DNA from: a virus
Strand: one strand, 5' to 3'
IMG/VR virus record: IMGVR_UViG_3300027791_002264
Coordinates: 6,420-70,419 of that record
Length of the DNA stretch: 64,000 bases
Part shown: positions 57,617 through 64,000 of the stretch, piece after piece
Position numbering within the stretch: position 1 is the stretch's first letter
Layout: each line of letters begins with the position of its first letter
The notes under the pieces: model-generated
What the model saw: only the letters and a program-made list of their open reading frames with translations
What the model was told of the DNA's origin: nothing
Databases searched by the model: none
Made by a program: the position numbers and the translations under genes

Positions 57617-58435
57617 ATGATTAAACCTATTATACATGGCGGTTGGGGTATGCACATTGGGGAATTACCTGTAGCAGTAGAAATTTATTGTGATAAGGCT
57701 ATGCCAACTCAAACTAACATTAATAATAATTTAAAAATATTATGGGTAAATGAACCTAAAGAAATATTTCCACATTTGCAACAACATGTTATTGTTAACA
57801 GTCATGCTTATGATTTTATTTTTACATCAGATCCAACATTATTAAGTTTAGGCAAATCTAATATTAAACATTATATGATGTTTCATTGTTGGAACATTCC
57901 TTTAGCAAAAGATTGTGGTGGTATATTTAAAAAAGAATTTAATGTATCAACCGTTGTTGGTGATAAAGAAATGTTACCAGGCCACTTGTTAAGAAAGGAC
58001 TTATGGAAAAGACAAAAAGAAATAACTATTCCTAAAAAGTTTTATGCAAGTAGTAAAGGTAAGCTTATAGATAATGTTGATTCTTTAATGATCTTAGGTG
58101 ATACTAAATATGAAATGTTTAATTCTCAATTTCATATTGCAATTGAAAATGTTTACAGAGATAACATGTTTACTGAAAAGCTTAATGATTGTATAGCAAC
58201 TAAAACAGTTCCTATTTACTGGGGTTGCCCTAACATTGAAAATATCTATGATACAAGAGGAATGATAATGGTTAGTGATTTAGAAGACCTAATAAATAAG
58301 GTAAATAATATTACTGCTGATACTTATAACGAAATGAAACCTTATGTTGAAGAAAATTTCAAAATAGCTATGGCACTAGCTGAGGTACCAGCATTGCATA
58401 ATGCTATATTAACAGAACTTAATAATAAAATTTAA
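57617..58435 (+). CDS. GT10-like fucosyltransferase
   Basis: FHIAIEN...FTEKLNDC..TKTVPIYWG. Confidence 0.78.
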   Translation: MIKPIIHGGWGMHIGELPVAVEIYCDKAMPTQTNINNNLKILWVNEPKEIFPHLQQHVIVNSHAYDFIFTSDPTLLSLGKSNIKHYMMFHCWNIPLAKDCGGIFKKEFNVSTVVGDKEMLPGHLLRKDLWKRQKEITIPKKFYASSKGKLIDNVDSLMILGDTKYEMFNSQFHIAIENVYRDNMFTEKLNDCIATKTVPIYWGCPNIENIYDTRGMIMVSDLEDLINKVNNITADTYNEMKPYVEENFKIAMALAEVPALHNAILTELNNKI

Positions 58436-58439
58436 AATT

Positions 58440-59057
58440 ATGAAACTAAAAGATACAATTGGAGTATTTGAAAATGCATTTAGTAAAGATGAATGTGATG
58501 CTTTAATAAAAAGACACGAGGTCGCTATTAAAAGAGGTATGGCTTATGGTGGTATGTCTGGTGATGGGGGCGAAAATGAGAATAAAAAATCAACTGATTA
58601 TAACATCTTACATCAACATAATGACGTAGATAACAAATTATCGGAAATGGTGTTAATTAAATTTAATCAATATATTGGTGAATATTTAACTAATGCACCT
58701 TATGCTGATACATTTTATCATAATAGGATTGTAAATGGTATAACAGACTATCCACTACTACAAATGCAAAAGTATGATAAAAATGAAGGACATTATAATA
58801 CTTGGCATGTTGAAAAGGAACACCTAGCATCTGCTCAAAGAATGTTTGTTTTAATATTATACTTAAACGATGTTGAAGAAGGCGGTGAAACTGGATTTTT
58901 ATTTAAAGAAGAAGGTGAAGATGATTTTTATAAAGTAAAACCTAAAGTCGGTAAGTTAATCATTCATCCATGTAGTTGGCCGTATGTTCATAAAGGATAT
59001 ACACCAGAATCAGATGACAAATATATTTTAACAACTTGGCTAGAGTACGTTCAATAG
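58440..59057 (+). CDS. 2OG-Fe(II) oxygenase (prolyl-4-hydroxylase-like)
   Basis: WHVE, YLNDVEEGGET.F, H.G....KY. Confidence 0.9.
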   Translation: MKLKDTIGVFENAFSKDECDALIKRHEVAIKRGMAYGGMSGDGGENENKKSTDYNILHQHNDVDNKLSEMVLIKFNQYIGEYLTNAPYADTFYHNRIVNGITDYPLLQMQKYDKNEGHYNTWHVEKEHLASAQRMFVLILYLNDVEEGGETGFLFKEEGEDDFYKVKPKVGKLIIHPCSWPYVHKGYTPESDDKYILTTWLEYVQ

Positions 59058-59063
59058 TTAACA

Positions 59064-59654
59064 ATGGGTAAGAAGAAGTTTAAACATTTAGTAGTAATAG
59101 GGCATCCTGATAGAGAATCATTTTGTTATAATGGAATATTCAAAACCATTACAAAAGAACTTGAAGATAACAATGAAACCTTTGAGGTTATCGATGTGTA
59201 TGAGGATAAGTTACATAGAAACAGAGAAGAGTTAATCGAAGAATATAAGAAACTAATTACTTGGTCAACTCATATTTACTTTGTATCACCAGTATGGTGG
59301 TTTAGGATGACACCAAAGATGGAAACGTTTTTTGATGAGGTTCTCACACCAGGTTTTGCATATAAGTTTGTACCGATAAAAGGGATGTATGCTTACCCAA
59401 AACCATTTTTAAAAGACAAGAAGGTTAGAACATATATAACACACGGTGCACCTATGTTACCAGTCATTACATTATATTTTAACTCAGTTAAGTTACGATT
59501 AGTAATGGGAGTGTATTCATTTGTGTTTGGGTGGAAGCTAAGTAGATGGAGAAAAACAAAACAATTCTGGTCTGTACCCTTTGTATCACATGAAAAACGA
59601 CAGAAGTATTTAAGAGTAGTGGAAAAAGATATACGAAAAGATTTAAAGAAATGA
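59064..59654 (+). CDS. Flavodoxin-2 / NAD(P)H:quinone oxidoreductase
   Basis: GHP...SF, P.WW...P..M..FFD.V..PGFAY, THG. Confidence 0.88.
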   Translation: MGKKKFKHLVVIGHPDRESFCYNGIFKTITKELEDNNETFEVIDVYEDKLHRNREELIEEYKKLITWSTHIYFVSPVWWFRMTPKMETFFDEVLTPGFAYKFVPIKGMYAYPKPFLKDKKVRTYITHGAPMLPVITLYFNSVKLRLVMGVYSFVFGWKLSRWRKTKQFWSVPFVSHEKRQKYLRVVEKDIRKDLKK

Positions 59655-59905
59655 AAAAGATTAGGATCATAGAAAGAGATAGGCAATTAACCACATGGGA
59701 GCGTTTAGCTACAAGAATTGGTTATTTAGGAGCAGGTTTATTAATAGCAGGGCAATGGACACTGGAGCCTGTATTATTTGTAATAGGATTTACTTGTGTT
59801 ACAATACAAGTTTCAGTTAGAAAGCAATGGAACTTAGTTGTTCTACAATTAAATGGATTAATCGCATGGACTGTTCATTTCATTAATAGCCTATCAACAG
59901 CATGA
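59651..59905 (+). CDS. Small membrane protein
   Basis: Three hydrophobic segments. Confidence 0.65.
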   Translation: MKKIRIIERDRQLTTWERLATRIGYLGAGLLIAGQWTLEPVLFVIGFTCVTIQVSVRKQWNLVVLQLNGLIAWTVHFINSLSTA

Positions 59906-60135
59906 GATTTAGAACTGGTAAATATGCAGGGATGACATTAGATCATGTTAGAACGATAGCTCCGTGGTACATACAATGGGTACGTGAAAATAGACCAGAG
60001 ATGTTAAAAGAGCGTACACCTAGTAAACCAAAGATTAAGAGTAAACCTAAGAATGAATTTGCAGCAGAAAAACCTGCACCATATCTTGCTTCATTAGAAG
60101 AAGCATTTGGAGTTAACATTCCAATTAATGATTAA
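59902..60135 (+). CDS. Stand-alone F.GKY.G...P.YI.W domain protein
   Basis: Same motif class as the C-terminus of the 3310 exonuclease. Confidence 0.65.
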   Translation: MRFRTGKYAGMTLDHVRTIAPWYIQWVRENRPEMLKERTPSKPKIKSKPKNEFAAEKPAPYLASLEEAFGVNIPIND

Positions 60136-60313
60136 ATTAAAACCTGAAGACTATCAGCAAATGGTAGATAGGATTAAAGTAATAAGTAATGTAGTAGACA
60201 ATAATCTTCAGCAACACCCTGTTGCTAAAATACATACTAACATTAAAGACCACATATCAGCAGCCGTTGATGAATTATATAAAGCAGCAGAGCTAGTTAA
60301 GAAAAATTGTTAA
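60128..60313 (+). CDS. Hypothetical protein (start re-assigned)
   Basis: ATG 60128; LQQHPVAK. Confidence 0.6.
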   Translation: MIKLKPEDYQQMVDRIKVISNVVDNNLQQHPVAKIHTNIKDHISAAVDELYKAAELVKKNC

Positions 60314-60325
60314 AAAATTGTTAAA

Positions 60326-60412
60326 TTGTTAATAACTATATAAAATAATACGAAAGTATGGCCGGAATCGTTTAGAATTGATTATATTTAAATATAATTT
60401 AAAAACGGAAAA
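60326..60412 (+). promoter_or_regulatory. Early-type promoter/leader cassette (copy 2)
   Basis: TTGTTAATAAC, ATTGATTATATTTA, AAACGGAAA. Confidence 0.85.
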
Positions 60413-60601
60413 ATGGCAATTATTGATACCTGGAACAAAAAAGAATTTTTACAAGTAATGTCTGATGTATATAAAGATGCATTTGGTGTAAGACCTAATT
60501 ACCTTGAGTTTAACAAATGGAGTTTAGAACAACTTAAAGAAGAATTCTTAATACTATGTCAAATAGCAGCTGATAATGAACAGCAAGAAAGAGAACAATA
60601 A
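60413..60601 (+). CDS. Hypothetical early protein
   Basis: SDVYKDAFGVRP motif. Confidence 0.75.
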   Translation: MAIIDTWNKKEFLQVMSDVYKDAFGVRPNYLEFNKWSLEQLKEEFLILCQIAADNEQQEREQ

Positions 60602-60602
60602 A

Positions 60603-60694
60603 TTGTTAATAACTTTTTAAAAAAAACAAGAATTTATAGTACAAAACCTAAGAAATAGTATTATATTTAAATATAATTTAAAAAACGGAAAAAC
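60603..60694 (+). promoter_or_regulatory. Early-type promoter/leader cassette (copy 3)
   Basis: Same three elements. Confidence 0.85.
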
Positions 60695-61156
60695 ATGCAA
60701 ATTACAGAACACAGATCAGAATTAGGAAACGGATTTTCAATCACTCAACAAGTAAAAGGTAAGCAATACAAATTTCATGCTCATAACCACGGATTATGCT
60801 GGGATAAAGAATATGACTATCAAGTTATTACAAAATGCCAGGCTGGGTTTTTTACTGTATCAACTGGTAAATCTAAATTAAGTCATATTGTTACAGGTTA
60901 TAAAACAAATAAGTTACATACTGTACAACTTAAAAATGATCATGGTAATTATACACTAACTGCTCTTGCAATGAAAGGTGGTAAGTTCTATATAATAGAT
61001 AAAGAAATCCTAGAATGTTTAACTGTCGGAGATGTTCATAGTAATTTTCCTGCAATGGCTGATCATAATCATTGGAAAAACATCGGTTCTAAAACATGGG
61101 CAGATCCGGCATACGGAATGTTAGTTAACTCTACAGTAGAATTTCAAAATTGTTAA
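60695..61156 (+). CDS. Hypothetical early protein
   Basis: 153-aa ORF with its own cassette. Confidence 0.75.
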   Translation: MQITEHRSELGNGFSITQQVKGKQYKFHAHNHGLCWDKEYDYQVITKCQAGFFTVSTGKSKLSHIVTGYKTNKLHTVQLKNDHGNYTLTALAMKGGKFYIIDKEILECLTVGDVHSNFPAMADHNHWKNIGSKTWADPAYGMLVNSTVEFQNC

Positions 61157-61250
61157 TAACTTTTTGAAAATAACTACAAAAGTATGGCCTGGATAGGATA
61201 AAATTGATTATATTTATATTAATAATAACAATAACAAAAACGGAAACATT
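61150..61250 (+). promoter_or_regulatory. Early-type promoter/leader cassette (copy 4)
   Basis: Same three elements. Confidence 0.85.
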
Positions 61251-61601
61251 ATGAACAACGCATTTGAAACTAAAGCAAACTACAAGGAGTCAGTAACAGT
61301 ATTAAGAACTCAGATTAAATCTCTGAAAAGTTTGGTTAAGTTAGATAAGGCACAACGTGCAACTATCAAACCTATTATAGATGAAAAGGTAAATATGCTG
61401 AAGTACATATCAGGATTGAAAACTTGGAACTTTGGTTTTGAAAGTGGCGGTTGGAATTCTAATGTTGCTAAGACCAAAGAAGAATCAATTAAGAAGGCAA
61501 AGAAAATGTATAACGCGAGTAAGTATACTCAGGTTTCTGAAACTAGTTTCCGAGTTGCTACTAAAGCTGATACAGCAAACTTATTATCGCTGTTTCATTA
61601 A
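61251..61601 (+). CDS. Hypothetical basic early protein
   Basis: GGWNS..AKT.EE motif. Confidence 0.75.
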   Translation: MNNAFETKANYKESVTVLRTQIKSLKSLVKLDKAQRATIKPIIDEKVNMLKYISGLKTWNFGFESGGWNSNVAKTKEESIKKAKKMYNASKYTQVSETSFRVATKADTANLLSLFH

Positions 61602-61694
61602 TTGTTAATAACTTTTTAAAAATAACTAATATTTATAGTTCAGAATCACAATAAATTGATTATATTTATAATATAATTAAAAAACGGAAATCAA
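61602..61694 (+). promoter_or_regulatory. Early-type promoter/leader cassette (copy 5)
   Basis: Same three elements; AAACGGAAATC. Confidence 0.85.
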
Positions 61695-62573
61695 ATGAAA
61701 AAAGTACAAAAAATCAAATCAAGGCTAACTCAGATTAGCAATGTAAAATACGAAAAGGGTTTATTCGAGGCTCACAAAACAAATACTCCATTAGACGGAT
61801 TATTTAGTATCGATGGCGGAGTTCCAAAAGCAACTAACTGGATGGTAGTTGGAGATCCTGGTGTTGGTAAATCTACAGTAACACTAGATATTATTGCAAA
61901 TGCAAAAAAGACTGGATCTAAAGTACTATTCATTTCAGCTGAGATGAACCAGGTGGATCTTTACCTTTATGTTAAAAGATATCCTAAGTTCGGAGAATTA
62001 GATATATTCTTTCCACAAGAAATAGAAGATAATGAATGTCCGAAACAAGTCCTAGAAGAAATCCTAGATGAAGGGTATGATATTGTTCTAACTGATTCCT
62101 TTATTGAATTACAAGAAACAATCCGAGAATCAGGCAGAATGACCAGAAACAGTTCTGAGAAATACTTATTGGATTTAATGTACAAACATAATCTAGGAGC
62201 TAACAAAGGAAAACATTTTACTGCATTCCTTAATATACAACAAGTAAATAAAGGTGGTTCATTTGTAGGATCAAATAAACTGAAACATATGACTACTGGT
62301 ATGATGGAGATAAGGTTCGTAGATGAAAGGGATCAAGAGGAAAGGTATGTTACCTTTAGTAAAAACCGTCGCGGTCATGTCGGGAAGCAAATGTACTTCG
62401 ATCTCTCTGCTAGTGGTAATGTAACATATGATACTGAAAGGTTCAAAAAAGCTGAAGGATTAAAACAATTAAAGAAAGCTGAAAAAGAAAAGATTAAAAA
62501 ATCAGGTTTACAATTCGATGCTCTATTCGGATTAGATAAAGATCAAGAAGAAGGTGAAACAACGAATAAATAA
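61695..62573 (+). CDS. RadA/Sms-like RecA-family ATPase (ATPase domain only)
   Basis: GDPGVGKST, FISAE, LTDS, KNRRG (RadA KNRFG-like); no Zn finger or Lon domain. Confidence 0.8.
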   Translation: MKKVQKIKSRLTQISNVKYEKGLFEAHKTNTPLDGLFSIDGGVPKATNWMVVGDPGVGKSTVTLDIIANAKKTGSKVLFISAEMNQVDLYLYVKRYPKFGELDIFFPQEIEDNECPKQVLEEILDEGYDIVLTDSFIELQETIRESGRMTRNSSEKYLLDLMYKHNLGANKGKHFTAFLNIQQVNKGGSFVGSNKLKHMTTGMMEIRFVDERDQEERYVTFSKNRRGHVGKQMYFDLSASGNVTYDTERFKKAEGLKQLKKAEKEKIKKSGLQFDALFGLDKDQEEGETTNK

Positions 62574-62574
62574 A

Positions 62575-62683
62575 TTGTTAATAACTTTAGAAAAATAACT
62601 TATAATTATAGTTCAGAAACAGTAAAAATTGATTATATTTATACTATATTAATTAAACAAACAAAAACAAAACAGTAAAAATT
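62575..62683 (+). promoter_or_regulatory. Early-type promoter cassette (copy 6, lacks AAACGGAAA)
   Basis: TTGTTAATAAC and class A promoter present; leader reads AAACAGTAAAA. Confidence 0.8.
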
Positions 62684-63841
62684 ATGAAAGAATTAACTAC
62701 ATTATCGCCAACTGCATTCCAAGCCCGTAAAGCTGAAGCCGTTAGGAACGAAGTAATGAGAAAAGAAATCAGTTTATCTGAGTTCAATGTAATCGACAAT
62801 ACTCATATCGAGGTTGACGGAGTAAAAATAGAATTAACCCAATTTGCCTTCAAAAGGTTATTAGGTAGGTTAAGAATACCAACGGCATTTGCTAAAAGGT
62901 TTGAATTAGGATTTGGTTCTGATGGACTAAAGCAATTAGTACAGATGATGAAAACAATGAAATCATCTAAGAATGATCAAACTGTAACTCTGTTGGTTGA
63001 TCCAAGAGCAAAGAAAGTTACTAACATACTACCTGCAGGTTATGCAAGTATTAGTAATGAAGCATTCATTGATTTTGCTGAAGGGTATATCAATCAATAT
63101 GGATTAGAAGTAAAAGACTTCGGATCGGATCCATCAGGTGGAGCTACTATTAACTGTGTATCTCCTAACTCTGTCTTTTCTGTTCCAGGAATGTCGGATG
63201 AAGTATTTAATACTGGTGTAACATTTAGAAATACACCAACTAGAGGATTAGAGGTATCACCTTATTTAAACCGATTGGTTTGTTCAAATGGTATGTCATC
63301 TACATCATTCTCTGAAACATACGGTTTACATGAACTAACTGATAAATCAATTAGAGAATTTAATGATCATATGATTAGCATGGCATCTACAGGATTCCAA
63401 CCTGTAGGATTAGCTGACAAAATTAAATCTGCAAATGATACTGATGCAAGTATTGCTGAAGTACAACGCGCAATGTCCGCTATGTTATCAACTGATAAGA
63501 AAATTGATTTTGAATACATGCAAAGGTATCTACCAATTAACCGAGTTATGAAAGCATACTCTGATATTGGAGCTGAGCCATCTACATTTACTACAAAGCA
63601 ATTACAAAATGCTAAATCAGGTTTATCAATCTGGGAAGTTGTAAACGGTATAACAAACTTTGCCTCTAACGATGAGAAATACAATATAGATGATCACAAA
63701 ACTGGTAATCTAATGGTATCAGCTGGAAACCTTTTAATGAAAAAGAATTTTGATACTGAAGCATTAATCCAATTTGATCCATTTGCAACAACTGGGTTAC
63801 TAACGGAAAATGAATCTGCTCGCCTTATGGGACAAGCATAA
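62684..63841 (+). CDS. DUF932-like protein
   Basis: Y..ISN, G..FRN, RLVCSNGM, W..VNGIT..A. Confidence 0.65.
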   Translation: MKELTTLSPTAFQARKAEAVRNEVMRKEISLSEFNVIDNTHIEVDGVKIELTQFAFKRLLGRLRIPTAFAKRFELGFGSDGLKQLVQMMKTMKSSKNDQTVTLLVDPRAKKVTNILPAGYASISNEAFIDFAEGYINQYGLEVKDFGSDPSGGATINCVSPNSVFSVPGMSDEVFNTGVTFRNTPTRGLEVSPYLNRLVCSNGMSSTSFSETYGLHELTDKSIREFNDHMISMASTGFQPVGLADKIKSANDTDASIAEVQRAMSAMLSTDKKIDFEYMQRYLPINRVMKAYSDIGAEPSTFTTKQLQNAKSGLSIWEVVNGITNFASNDEKYNIDDHKTGNLMVSAGNLLMKKNFDTEALIQFDPFATTGLLTENESARLMGQA

Positions 63842-63848
63842 ATACAAA

Positions 63849-63897
63849 GGATGAGGTTAGTAGTTTAGATTTCCGTTTATCTACTGATCAACAATCC
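63849..63897 (+). ncRNA. Candidate antisense sRNA hairpin
   Basis: Stem GGTTAGTAG/CTACTGATC, outer GGAT/ATCC, loop contains TTTCCGTTT. Confidence 0.55.
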
Positions 63898-63901
63898 ACC
63901 G

Positions 63902-63938
63902 AAGGCATCTGGGTAACATTATCCAGGTGCCTTTTTTT
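63902..63938 (+). terminator. Intrinsic terminator
   Basis: AAGGCATCTGGGTA-ACAT-TATCCAGGTGCCTT followed by T-tract. Confidence 0.9.
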
Positions 63939-63958
63939 GTTAACTAATATATACTAAA

Positions 63959-64000
63959 ATGGATCCAAAGGAAAAAGACTACATCGACGATTACGACGAC
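63959..64000 (+). CDS. Start of ORF running off the window
   Basis: MDPKEKDYIDDYDD... Confidence 0.5.
   Translation, partial: MDPKEKDYIDDYDD

Noticed and set aside
330-63684. All minus-strand ORFs in the track (e.g. 2380-2748, 48289-48837, 49230-49565, 63367-63684)
   Set aside because: They are antisense shadows of well-supported plus-strand genes, with no motifs or promoters of their own.
1-64000. Stop-codon reassignment
   Set aside because: Conserved genes are full length under the standard code, and TAA, TAG and TGA all occur as apparent true stops.
1-64000. Bacterial chromosome or giant eukaryotic virus origin
   Set aside because: Single-strand packing, T4-like topoisomerase and tape-measure-like gene argue against a chromosome; tmRNA, sigma factor and bacterial tRNAs argue against an NCLDV.

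Overview
An AT-rich, densely packed 64 kb segment of a large (probably jumbo, T4-superfamily-like) dsDNA bacteriophage. Essentially every credible gene is on the + strand. Several clues point to a Bacteroidota (Flavobacteriia-like) host, probably from a sunlit aquatic habitat: the tRNA-Ala/Gly bodies, A-rich leaders without Shine-Dalgarno sites, an outer-membrane beta-barrel gene, TAnnTTT-like promoter elements and a UV endonuclease. Gene content: the end of a tape-measure-like gene, cyclophilin, DEDDh exonuclease, tmRNA plus two tRNAs, a two-subunit type II topoisomerase, NMP kinases, two thymidylate-synthase-family genes (one dCMP-hydroxymethylase-like), an ECF-like sigma factor, PhoH, Trx, Hsp20, an ~11.5 kb glycosyltransferase/sugar cluster, ClpC/ClpP, GlyA, UvsE, a CCA-adding enzyme and an early-type cluster with repeated promoter cassettes. 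Four things stand out. (1) About 13 ORFs carry a T4-internal-protein-like N-terminal capsid-targeting signal. The long ones look like polyproteins of unrelated modules joined by a repeated ES(V/L)V(N/T)EA protease-type linker that is conserved at DNA level. (2) A terminator-capped hairpin at 63849-63938 has a loop antisense to an AAACGGAAA box next to the start codon of five co-regulated genes, a candidate phage sRNA switch. (3) A tRNA-Gly has the very rare ACC anticodon. (4) A tRNA-like gene with a ~40 nt insertion at a Lys-type anticodon loop lies next to the CCA enzyme. All calls come from reading motifs by eye; no database searches or folding programs were run.
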